Source: a virus. Taken from it: 64,000 nt of DNA. Location of the stretch: positions 1 through 64,000 of IMG/VR virus record IMGVR_UViG_3300033145_000788. One strand, written 5' to 3'. Below, one piece after another: positions 10,126 through 19,740 of this stretch. The position numbers were made by a program, and so were the translations under genes. Every line of letters starts with the position of its first letter. The first letter of the stretch is position 1. Below the pieces are notes generated by a model, which did not search any database, was not told the origin of the DNA, and was given only the letters and a program-made list of their open reading frames with translations.

Positions 10126-10163
10126 TTGACTTTATACTATTAGCTTAATTATAATTAAGCTAA
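10126..10163 (+). promoter_or_regulatory. Sigma70-type early promoter with overlapping 24-bp palindrome
   Basis: TTGACT 10126-10131, 18 nt, TATAAT 10150-10155; A-rich upstream element; TTAGCTTAATTATAATTAAGCTAA 10140-10163. Confidence 0.75.
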
Positions 10164-10188
10164 AGGATAAGGGAAAGGAGGGGGAAAG

Positions 10189-10647
10189 ATGGCAACAATC
10201 GTAAAAAAAGAAAGAGACGGGCTGAAAGTCAAGGTTAAGATTGAACGCTGGGTGAGCAACGAAACAGCCTATACTGATGGGTGGAACATTGATCTCGGTA
10301 AAAAAGCACACGAAACTACCACAATCTCAATTAACAAAAACGGGAAAACCGCGGTTTGTCAGGACTTAAACTTTTTCTATCGAATTAAAGATGAAAAAAG
10401 GTCTGAAGTTTACGCAAGGTTGGGGGACGCTTTCATCTCAGAGCCTATCTATAACATAATCAAGGATGCACTCGACGAGGCTACCTTGAAAGCTGATGCT
10501 GAAAATACCAAAGATAATCGAGAAGAGAAAATACAGGCAAAGAAGAACGCCGCTGAAGTGGCAGAGCTTGAAACTCAAAGAGACCAGAATCCCGGCTGGT
10601 GTAACAAATGTCACAGCTATTGTTACGGAGATTGCGAAGCTAATTAA
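10189..10647 (+). CDS. Early hypothetical protein with C-terminal Cys motif
   Basis: Strong SD AAGGAGG; ends GWCNKCHSYCYGDC. Confidence 0.75.
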   Translation: MATIVKKERDGLKVKVKIERWVSNETAYTDGWNIDLGKKAHETTTISINKNGKTAVCQDLNFFYRIKDEKRSEVYARLGDAFISEPIYNIIKDALDEATLKADAENTKDNREEKIQAKKNAAEVAELETQRDQNPGWCNKCHSYCYGDCEAN

Positions 10648-10677
10648 CTTATTAGAATAACAAAAGGAGGAAGAAAA

Positions 10678-10878
10678 ATGACTGAACAAGAATTAAGAGA
10701 CCATGGATTAGAGATTATGCACGGTGACTACACGGGAACCACGGACGATCGAGTCGACAGATGGTATTTACAATCTGTCGATGGGCCGATTGACCATCGC
10801 GGTCAAGGATATCCAAGCAAGCAATACATCCTTGATCACGCTGTACTCAATCATGGTGTAGTTGTAATTAGAGATTAA
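10678..10878 (+). CDS. Early hypothetical protein
   Basis: SD AAGGAGG, 66 aa. Confidence 0.65.
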   Translation: MTEQELRDHGLEIMHGDYTGTTDDRVDRWYLQSVDGPIDHRGQGYPSKQYILDHAVLNHGVVVIRD

Positions 10879-10958
10879 CCCTTCCGCCTAGCCTGTCCTT
10901 TGGGCGGGCCTGGCGGAGCGATTAAGCTCCAAAACAAAAAAAAGAAAGGAGAACTAAC

Positions 10959-11147
10959 ATGAAGGACGACGTAAATGGATGCTCAATTTGTCCAGCGGGT
11001 GAGGAAAACTATGAATCGTTTGATTTTCGAGGAAAAGAACTCATACAGTATGACTATCGCACGAAAACAGGCGAACTTTTTTCTTGCGTGGCCCCCACGC
11101 TTGAGCAATGCCGGGCAAAAAGGGATCAGTGGGTAAGGAATAACTAG
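10959..11147 (+). CDS. Small early protein (DUF3873-like)
   Basis: NGCSICPAGEENYE...QYDYR..GELFSCVAPTLEQCR pattern; SD AAGGAG. Confidence 0.6.
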   Translation: MKDDVNGCSICPAGEENYESFDFRGKELIQYDYRTKTGELFSCVAPTLEQCRAKRDQWVRNN

Positions 11148-11528
11148 TAATCCGGTCGCTTAACCCTTGCACCTAACCTTTACGGCCCGCCCGGAGCCTA
11201 TCCGGGCGACAGCGGTTAAGCTCCAAAATAAAAAAGGCGGGACACGAAAGATAAAATGGAAAGAAACAAGACGCGCACCCCAGCGGTTACCATCAAAGTA
11301 CGAGATGCATCTCTAGGCCCCAGGCTATTGGAGACCAAGGCGCTTGCGCCGTTGGTAGGAAACGATGGAATGGGATTGGGCTCTGTGTTGACTAGGCCGT
11401 CGCTCAGGACGTGGACTTTGGCGCATACGGTTCACACGCTGAGAACCCAGTCTAGTGGGCGTGCTTGCAAACGAAGCCAGGACATCCGGATACCCGCCTT
11501 TTTAAATCAATAAAAGGAGGAAAGAAAA

Positions 11529-11792
11529 ATGAAAGTATACAAAAATAAGAAAGGTATAACGAATAAGTTTGTTATAGAAATAGGACAACTTATGCCCTCA
11601 AAACAAGAATATATATATGCAAGACGAAGCCAATCTTGTATATATTTGCTATAATGGACGCAAGATTCATTATCTGAAAGTATTGATATATTAAAAGAGC
11701 GTTTTCAAACAATTAAGCAACCGGGTTTTAGTGGTCGAATTGTTCAACTAGGGGGTCTAACTGTTTGGGAAGACAAAAGAGTTGCTTATTAA
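11529..11792 (+). pseudogene. Small gene interrupted by in-frame TAA (11652-11654)
   Basis: SD AAGGAGG, ATG 11529; same frame continues WTQDSLSESIDILKERF... to TAA 11790-11792. Confidence 0.45.
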
Positions 11793-11803
11793 AAGGAGAC
11801 CCT

Positions 11804-12990
11804 ATGAAAACTTTCAAACGACAACCGAAACCTAAAGAACAGGGAGTCTATAACCCGATTATCAAGGGTGAGCATCTCGGAGGCGGGTTTGCCACCGCAC
11901 CCGAGGACTGCCCAAGGATAACAGAGATTGACGGTATCAGGGCCGTGGACACGGTGATTTGTATCCACTACTGCCGCCAGGGCGATTGCCCAACTTGGTT
12001 GGCGCTAAACAAGAATAGGCAGAAGTCCCGGTCGAGGGTCCCCGTCTGGTGAGGTTGAGATGAAAAAAGGTATCGCAATTGCAGAAGCAGATAGACTTTA
12101 TTTCCGAAGCGATATCCATATAGCTGTGGTTAAATGGAATAAAGGAATTGATGGTTTCCGAGTTATCACTCGTCAAACAGCTCGAATTAATAAATTGAAA
12201 CCGATTTATGAAACCAAAAAAAGGAGGGACGAGAATGCCAGAAAATCTTTACATCACAATTTTTAAAGACCCGGAGGGTTTGCCTCGTGGCTGGGGACAA
12301 GCTGGAACACAAAAGAAATCTATAACTATGGCTCGGTGGCAATGCAAGGATTATTGTACTTATCCTAACTCTGGGGCTTTGCGAGGATTACAGTTTCCTA
12401 AAGACTTTACTTTTGAGACATCTTTACAAAAGGAATCCTAATGCAAGTCACTCCTAAAAAAATGGACGAAATCCGGGACGGGGCAATCTCCGACCTAAGA
12501 GAAGGAGGAATCCCCGTACCGGGAGACGTATCCCCGCAAAAGGCCATTGACCTGTGGCTGATCCTGTGGCGGACGGACGAGGATTTCAGGGAAAAAATCT
12601 TAACCGAAGGCCCGAAGGGAGCCTTCAAAAAGGAGGGATGAAAAATGATGAGAAGATATAGCGGAAAAATATTGTTAACCGAAAAAAAGTGAGATTCTAA
12701 GACAAATGCATAAATCTCGACAAGGAATTGAAATGACAATTATTATAAAAGAAATAGCGGAAATAATTTTGGAGATAAGGAGGCAGGCTCAATTGCCTCA
12801 AGGGCATCCGTTTCCAATTTCTCAGGACGCATTTTTAGGAATGATAGAAAGGGAGCTCCGGGCAAGGAACGAAGACCTTGACTGGGCAAAACTAATCTGG
12901 CACGCATATATAAACGACAGGTATGAAATCGGCATTTGGGCCGAGGAAATCGTGAAATCTTTTGAAAAAGGAGTCCCGAAAGATGAATAA
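11804..12990 (+). CDS. Run of five small hypothetical genes (11804-12052, 12060-12266, 12235-12441, 12441-12641, 12733-12990)
   Basis: Tightly packed ORFs with SD sequences or stop/start overlaps. Confidence 0.55.
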
Positions 12991-13429
12991 AATAAGATTT
13001 CGACAGGCACTTTATGATGTGGATGGAAAATTCGTCGAGTGGCATTATTGGGGATTCTGGGATCAGGGCCTTTTCTTAACATTTTTTGCCCCGGCCCGAG
13101 ACCCCGAGACCGCCCAGGAAAATAGCTATCAATTTATAGATGATCTCCAGGATAATGACGGAAACGATATTTATGAGAATGATATCGTTGAACTCCACAA
13201 TCCAAATGAGACACATACTTCATACAAAAGTCCTGTTTTTTTTGGTTCCCTGGGGGCAACCGTGTTATATCATCCTGCTCACGTTAAAGCGATGGGATAT
13301 AAGGATAGAGGCCGATTATTAAAGGATTATATAAGAAGCGGAGGAAATTTCTTGTGTCGTGTTATTGGGAATATAGTTGAGAACCCTGAATTATTAAATG
13401 ATAATCAGGATGTGAAAAATGAAGGTTGA
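12983..13429 (+). CDS. YopX-family protein
   Basis: IRFR, QF..LQDNDGNDIYENDIV, VIGNIVENPELL. Confidence 0.8.
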   Translation: MNKIRFRQALYDVDGKFVEWHYWGFWDQGLFLTFFAPARDPETAQENSYQFIDDLQDNDGNDIYENDIVELHNPNETHTSYKSPVFFGSLGATVLYHPAHVKAMGYKDRGRLLKDYIRSGGNFLCRVIGNIVENPELLNDNQDVKNEG

Positions 13430-13578
13430 CATTATCCTCGGATTGATGTTTGTGGCGGCCCTGTTCATGGTGGGCTCGGAAGGCCCCTGGTTCCCCTGGG
13501 TCAACGCCGGGGGAATCCTGTTAATGATAACCTTTGCCGTTCCCCTGATAGCGAGGGAGAATAGAAGGAGGGAGTGAG

Positions 13579-14372
13579 ATGAGAGGACATTTTTGGTTTT
13601 CAAAGAAGTTAGAAGAATTAGAGGAGTGTAATCTTTTTGAACCTCGGATAACAATTGCTAAATTGGATACCGGAGAAAAGGTTAAATATAACATTATACG
13701 GTCAGATGGGAGCTTTGACCACGGGACAAAGTGGAGTGATCCGATTTATCTTGGAGAAGGCGAAGTCTATTCCGTGGGTGGTACGATTCAAAGTCCATTT
13801 GATAAATAAAAAGGGAGCTTGAAATGACAGAAACCCAAAGCGACTTTGATATCCTTTTGCAGATTCCCGACCCGGCCCCGTCCCCCGAATGCCTGACCAT
13901 TATGGGAGACCTCTGGAGGGGGTTGGGGGGTGATGCCAAGGCGGTCCTGGACCTCCTGTTAGATTTCCCTCCTGGATTGACATTTGAAGGGGACCTTAAT
14001 CGAATCAGCCTGACCCGTGTCAAGTTTTATCTGAGCCGGGAGTGGGCCATGCCGGCGAGGCGGATCAGGACAGCATTCCGGGAGATCCGGGGATACGTGA
14101 ACGACTTAAACGAGATTTATTAATCTTAGCCTTTGAAAGGAGAAATTAAAATGGTAATTTTTCATGGTGGATGCCACGGTTGCATAATGCAGGAGAAAGA
14201 AGGATTGGGCTATTGTGTAGGATGTCAATTTTTTGATGGAGAGTGGTCAAAACCCAATCTAAATGATAAACACATCAGAGAGCATAAAAAAATGGAAGGG
14301 ATACGAAAAGAGGCGAGGCGTTTAGCTTATTTAAGAAAGCAGGATCAATATGATCAGAATAAAGATACTTGA
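13579..14372 (+). CDS. Three small hypothetical genes (13579-13809, 13824-14123, 14151-14372)
   Basis: SD-preceded ORFs. Confidence 0.55.
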
Positions 14373-15702
14373 CAACGCCAATGCCCAGGTAACCGAGGGC
14401 GCATTGAAACTGAAACCATGCCTGAGCTTCCGGGCATCCTTCTGGAGACAGGGCCAGTACTCCAAAACGGAGAAGGAATACGACAAGTGCCTTATCAAGA
14501 AATCCGGGTTGATCTACACCGGGTGGCTCAGGCGCATAGAGGATTTTTGCGAACGGCAGGCCCTGGGTCTCAAGATAGAGGGGGAACTTGAATCCATATG
14601 GCCGGAAGCAGAAGCCTCGTTACCGGGTATCGAGTTCCGGCCCGACCAGAAGGAGATGATCCGGGCGGCAGTCAAAGCCCAAAGGGGAACCCTGGTGGCC
14701 CCAACCGGTTCGGGGAAGACCGTGGTAGCGGCCGGGATAATCAGTGCGTTCCCAGGTAGGAAGGTTCTCTACCTCTGTCCTCGACTATCTATAATGACCC
14801 AGACGGCGACCGAGTTCAGAAGGTTTTTTCCCGACCGGGAGATATGTGAGATCGGGGGTGGTCAGAGGGCGATATCCGGTGATATTGTGGTCTCGACAAT
14901 CCAGTCATATCGGACATTCGATTTGATTGAGTTGGCGGACCGGTTTGATATCGTCATGGTGGACGAAGTTCATCTGGCCATGAAATCCGGCGGGTCCTGT
15001 GAAAAGATATTATCCCGTACCCTCGCCCCGGTAAGGATTGGCCTGACGGCCACCCTGCCGGACCAGAGGGAAAAGAGGCTAATGATAGAGGGGCTGCTCG
15101 GCCCCATCATAAAGGAGATAACCCAAGAGGAGGCAAGAGAGATGAAGATCCTGGCGGAACCAAAGTTAGAACTGATCCCGGTCCCGGTCAACCGGGAGAT
15201 TAAGAAGCTACGGTCTTACAAAGGAATCCACAAGGCTGGGATAGTCCAGAACGAGCAGAGGAACAAGTTGATAGCAGAGAAGGCGGGCGAGATGGCCGAG
15301 CAGGGTAAATCGGTGATTGTCTTTTGTGTTGAGCTGGAGCATCTCGAGAATTTAGTTTCCATTATCCCGCAAGAATATGATGAGTGCACCTGTGTCGTTG
15401 ACGGGGCTACGTCTAAAGAAGATCGGGAACTCATTCGGCAAGGAGTGTCAAGGGGCGAAATTAAAATCGTCATCTCGTCCGTGGTCTGGCGTGAGGGGAT
15501 AGACATCCCCTCTCTTGGTGGAGTGATATTGTCAGGAGGGGGGAAGGCCGAACTCCCGGTCGTCCAGGCAGTGGGCCGGGCGTTCCGGCGGACGGAGGAG
15601 AAGACTGAGGCCGTTATCGTGGATTTTCTGGACCCATATCCTTATCTCGCCGAACACACGATCCAGCGGCTCGGAGTTTATAAGGATATGGGATGGATTT
15701 AA
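14350..15702 (+). CDS. Superfamily 2 DExH helicase (UvsW/T5 D10-like)
   Basis: APTGSGKT, DEVH, GLTAT, EGIDIP, QAVGRAFR. Confidence 0.93.
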   Translation: MIRIKILDNANAQVTEGALKLKPCLSFRASFWRQGQYSKTEKEYDKCLIKKSGLIYTGWLRRIEDFCERQALGLKIEGELESIWPEAEASLPGIEFRPDQKEMIRAAVKAQRGTLVAPTGSGKTVVAAGIISAFPGRKVLYLCPRLSIMTQTATEFRRFFPDREICEIGGGQRAISGDIVVSTIQSYRTFDLIELADRFDIVMVDEVHLAMKSGGSCEKILSRTLAPVRIGLTATLPDQREKRLMIEGLLGPIIKEITQEEAREMKILAEPKLELIPVPVNREIKKLRSYKGIHKAGIVQNEQRNKLIAEKAGEMAEQGKSVIVFCVELEHLENLVSIIPQEYDECTCVVDGATSKEDRELIRQGVSRGEIKIVISSVVWREGIDIPSLGGVILSGGGKAELPVVQAVGRAFRRTEEKTEAVIVDFLDPYPYLAEHTIQRLGVYKDMGWI

Positions 15703-15946
15703 CAGGAGAGATGAGATGGAGATAAAACCTTTTAATCCAGATAGTAAATGCCCAAAATGCGGATATCAATTAGCAGATACTTTATATGAAGAGACACCCC
15801 ATCATGAAAAAGACGGGACTATGTTCTGCAAAAAGAGAATGAAAAGAACCTGTAAACGATGCAAAGCGGTGAGATATGAGGAACCGTTGGATAGAGGAGC
15901 TGGTGACCCCTAACTTAAAAAAAATAACGGGGGCCTAAAATAAATC

Positions 15947-15975
15947 TTTTAATTTCAAGGAAAGTATTATATAAT
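15947..15975 (+). promoter_or_regulatory. Promoter TTTTAA-N17-TATAAT
   Basis: Member of recurring class; followed by a structured leader. Confidence 0.65.
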
Positions 15976-16108
15976 ATAGCTGTAATGGATTTATTGTTTC
16001 AATAGGGCGGTTCAGCGGCCCTACCCAAAAAAGGGGAGGTTTCCCTCCTTTTCCTCCCCGAACCCTCCGCTGGGCCGCCCATAACCCTAAAAGGAGACGA
16101 AAGGAGAA

Positions 16109-16360
16109 GTGATGTCTGAAGAAAATCAAACGGAGAAAAGCATAGCGGAGCATTGGGATGATTTGAAGAAAGAGGACCAATGTACAAGACAAGCCGAGGA
16201 ATACTGGAATAATCTAGATATGGAAGACTCTATTTTTGTTGACAATAAGAAATTAAAAGAAGTCATCACCGGGGTTTTCCGAACAGGGTATACAAAAGGA
16301 TATCTTGATGGAATAAGATATGCGATGGAAAGATTCCAGACTGAGCTCAAAATCCTATGA
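16109..16360 (+). CDS. Hypothetical protein
   Basis: SD AAGGAG; GYTKGYLDG motif. Confidence 0.6.
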   Translation: MMSEENQTEKSIAEHWDDLKKEDQCTRQAEEYWNNLDMEDSIFVDNKKLKEVITGVFRTGYTKGYLDGIRYAMERFQTELKIL

Positions 16361-16674
16361 CCATTCTAATGTTCGTCCGACCAAAAGGAAGTCTCTGACT
16401 GGCCTGTGAGGACGCCCGCCAGTTAGGTTGGCTATTGGAAAGACACGGATTTGATATTAAGATTCTTGAACTTGAAACCCCTGCGGGTTTGATGGAGGCG
16501 GCCTGGGAGGAACTGATAGGGGATGACGATTTTCTCTTTCCCACCGTTTACATCCCCGATCCGTCTAGATTACTGAATGGTCAGGGGAAAATGTGGAAGG
16601 GGGAAGTCCCAAAATTTGAGGAGATATGGGAGGCGGAGAATGACCAGATATTTTATACAACAACCTTTCGATGA
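16357..16674 (+). CDS. Glutaredoxin/thioredoxin-like protein with in-frame UGA (candidate selenocysteine, U-L-A-C)
   Basis: ATGA overlap at 16357; MTILMFVRPKGSL-TGA(16396-16398)-LACEDARQLG...ETPAGLMEAA...FPTVYI...WKGEVP, in frame with track ORF 16435-16674. Confidence 0.7.
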
Positions 16675-16699
16675 TTTTATTCGGGAGGACTTATAATAA

Positions 16700-18046
16700 A
16701 TGAATGGACAAGAACAAGAAGACAAGAAGGAAAAACGAAGGCGGGATGTCGCCCATCTTTGGTGTGACAAACAAGTCCTGAGATTTTTCAGGAAAGGATT
16801 CGACAAAAGGGCTTATCGGAAATATCGGGATGTATATCTGGCCCTCTGTGAGATAGACAGCGATTTCAATGAAGGTAAAATATACAACCTTACCAAGACA
16901 TGCGGCACCTATACGGGGATGGACCAGGGAAATATCTCAAAGATTCTTCAGGAGTTCAGAAAAAACGGGCTGATAGACTACGGCCGCAGGAAGAACGATC
17001 AAGGTCAGATCATCGGTTCTTTTCTGGTTATGTACAAGTGGGAGGACACTATATATCATGAAAACCTTATAAGGCTAGACCCTATTAAGGCTAGACCCCA
17101 TAATAATAAGAACCCTAAAGGGGAGCCTTATAAGAATTCTTCTAGTGAAGAAGGTTTTTCATATTCTTCTAAAGAACAAGAAGAATATGTTGTGGCATCT
17201 GATGCTGCCAATCATACCCAAAAGATTCTCTTTAAGAGAGACAAGAAGAAAGTAGTCTCCTTCCTAATGAAAGCAAAGCAGAAGGCTAAACCAATCCCTA
17301 AAAAGAAACAGGCCAAAACGGCTGTTGCCCTTATAGACCACTGGAACGCCCTCCGGCTCAGGAGGCACCTTGACCCAAAGAAGAAGATTTACTCCGAGGC
17401 CGTCCGGCGGATAAAATATCTAAAGCAAGGTAAGTTGTACGATGGCCAAGAGGACTTCAAGGAATACTGGGGCCGCAGGTTCACGGACGAGGAAATCAGG
17501 GCTTCGATGGATAATTTCGCCTTGGCCGCCCTTGACCCGGTCTACGAGCCGTCCCCCGCCGTCAAGGATCGGTTGAGGATGACGGGTTTGCCGGATTTTT
17601 TTCTGTCGCCGTTCGCAAAGGAGAAGAGCTATTTCCTGAAATATCTGAGGGGGAAGCCTAAGCCGGTTCCCTGGATGGCGGCCCCGAAGGACGAACATCC
17701 GGGTTTGACGAAGGCCCTGAAACGGGTTTATACGGACAATGTTCTCGGAGGGCTCAAACCGGAGAAGTGGCCTCTGGCCGACGAGAGGTCGTTTAGGCTC
17801 GCCAGTAACCGGGTGTGGGATTTCTTCTCCCGGAACCGGGAGCTGGTAAGCCCGGTGGTCTTGTCGGGGAACGGGACGAAGGAGGCGAACATGGCCCGGC
17901 TTTTGTTTGATGCGATCTCCGCCGATGTGGGTGACGCCGGGATAGGCAAGTTGTCCCCCGGCTGGTTCGGGTCGGAGGCGACCATAGCCCGTCGCCTGCC
18001 GTCCTATTTGTACAGCCAGGGCATTATTAATCAACCGATGAGGTGA
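16700..18046 (+). CDS. Putative replication initiator (N-terminal winged HTH)
   Basis: HTH-like TYTGMDQGNISKILQEFRKNGLI; low-complexity linker with DNA repeats; upstream of DnaB and primase. Confidence 0.55.
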   Translation: MNGQEQEDKKEKRRRDVAHLWCDKQVLRFFRKGFDKRAYRKYRDVYLALCEIDSDFNEGKIYNLTKTCGTYTGMDQGNISKILQEFRKNGLIDYGRRKNDQGQIIGSFLVMYKWEDTIYHENLIRLDPIKARPHNNKNPKGEPYKNSSSEEGFSYSSKEQEEYVVASDAANHTQKILFKRDKKKVVSFLMKAKQKAKPIPKKKQAKTAVALIDHWNALRLRRHLDPKKKIYSEAVRRIKYLKQGKLYDGQEDFKEYWGRRFTDEEIRASMDNFALAALDPVYEPSPAVKDRLRMTGLPDFFLSPFAKEKSYFLKYLRGKPKPVPWMAAPKDEHPGLTKALKRVYTDNVLGGLKPEKWPLADERSFRLASNRVWDFFSRNRELVSPVVLSGNGTKEANMARLLFDAISADVGDAGIGKLSPGWFGSEATIARRLPSYLYSQGIINQPMR

Positions 18047-18337
18047 AAGGAGGGGGGAGATGATGTTAATTTTAACCATACTTTTGGCAGGGATTTGCAC
18101 AACATTAGATGAATATCTGGATGGTTAAAACCCCTGACGGAGTTGACTTTGGATCCTTTTCTACTATTAAATTTACACGAACCGAAAGTATTAAACAAGC
18201 GGTGAGACTTTATAACACTGTAAGATTTGGGGTTCCTGGAATAGTCCAATGGCGTCAAAATTGGCGGCGAATGAAGAGAGAAGGTTATTCATGTGTTAAG
18301 GCGCATATCAAAAACGGGTGGCTCAAAGGAGGATGAG

Positions 18338-18649
18338 ATGGAAGATGGATATCCTGAAAAAAAAGAATTAGAGCAGATAAAACACTGGAAAATAACCCAG
18401 GAGAATCTGCATTCGGACTTGCAGGGGTTACTTGAATTTATAGAAGACCTTTGGAAATATGCCGATATAGACTACTTTAAAATAGACGGGCGGAAATTTG
18501 AACTCCATACCGGGGGTTGGTCAGGCAACGAAATGATAATGGAAGCCCTAGAAGGCAACTGGTTATTTTGGATGATGTATTGGCAGAAAAGTAAGCGGGG
18601 TGGTCATTATTATTTTGAATTGCCGAAATCGTTTGCAAAGGAAAAGTGA
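18338..18649 (+). CDS. Conserved phage hypothetical protein
   Basis: DGYP...ELHTGGWSGNE...RGGHYYF pattern. Confidence 0.65.
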   Translation: MEDGYPEKKELEQIKHWKITQENLHSDLQGLLEFIEDLWKYADIDYFKIDGRKFELHTGGWSGNEMIMEALEGNWLFWMMYWQKSKRGGHYYFELPKSFAKEK

Positions 18650-18898
18650 AAACAATAAAACTTAAATTCAAGGCGTATCTCAAGAAGCAGGATTTCATGG
18701 TGGATGTGGCCTTGATTGACTTTGAGCATCGCTACATCACTTGGTTTGACGGACAGTATTCTCGGGATTACCCGGAGCCATCTAAACTGTATGAGATGGT
18801 AAACTTTGATGACTGCAATATATTTGTGGGTATGGATATGTTCGGTGGCTTTGTGGATTATAAGACGGTCGAATTCTTTGAACCGAAGGAGGGAGAAA

Positions 18899-19318
18899 AT
18901 GAGAGAGATTAAATTTAGAGCGTGGGACAACATGTTGAATAACTGGAATAAAGATTCAAAAAGTTTATATTATGAAGATTGGGGAAAGTATTTTGGTTTT
19001 TTGTCTTATATGAATGGTATTGTTATGGTTGAGCAATTCACTGGCCTTAAGGATAAGAACGGCAAGGAGATTTATGAAGGGGATATTGTTCAATCTAAGT
19101 CAAAATTAGTTTCCTTTATAACTGGTGAAGAAATAAGAGGGTTTAAGATTGAAAATTATGAAGTGAGATGGGAGCGGGAAAAGGGAAGATGGGGGCGTTA
19201 TAGGGATGGTAGATTTGAACTTTTGACGGGATTAAATGAAGGTTATTTGAAAAAATGGTATATGGTCATCGGCAATATTCATGAGAACCCCGAATTGTTA
19301 AAGGAGCCCGATAAATGA
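18899..19318 (+). CDS. YopX-family protein (a YopX-like N-terminal ORF also at 18646-18912)
   Basis: MREIKFRAWD, QFTGLKDKNGKEIYEGDIV, VIGNIHENPELL. Confidence 0.88.
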   Translation: MREIKFRAWDNMLNNWNKDSKSLYYEDWGKYFGFLSYMNGIVMVEQFTGLKDKNGKEIYEGDIVQSKSKLVSFITGEEIRGFKIENYEVRWEREKGRWGRYRDGRFELLTGLNEGYLKKWYMVIGNIHENPELLKEPDK

Positions 19319-19740
19319 TAATCTTCAAACTTGGTAAGTGGGAGGTTTGGTTTTGGGTATCCTATTGGGCATTGGTAACCGGGGTGTGCTGTTTCCCATC
19401 CGGTCCGGACCATTTGTACTGGAGGGCTGGCCCGTTTGAAGTCAGGAAATATCTTAAATAGAAGGGGGTTGAGATGAAACTTAGTAAGGTTCAAGAGAAT
19501 GTGCTTGAGTTGATGAGTAAAGGATGGGTGTTGCGGGTTGACCGGCTTAGAGAAAAGGCCTGGTTGCTAAAAGAAGAAACCGATTACTCTTGCCGCATGA
19601 AAGACATTTATTATTCAACCATGGGTGCGTTGGAGCGTCAGTTTTTAATTGTCAATAGTGAATCTGAGAAGATTGGTGGAATTATAAGCTGGGAATTAAC
19701 CGATAAGGGCAAGAAGATTCTGATGAGTAAAGATTCATAG

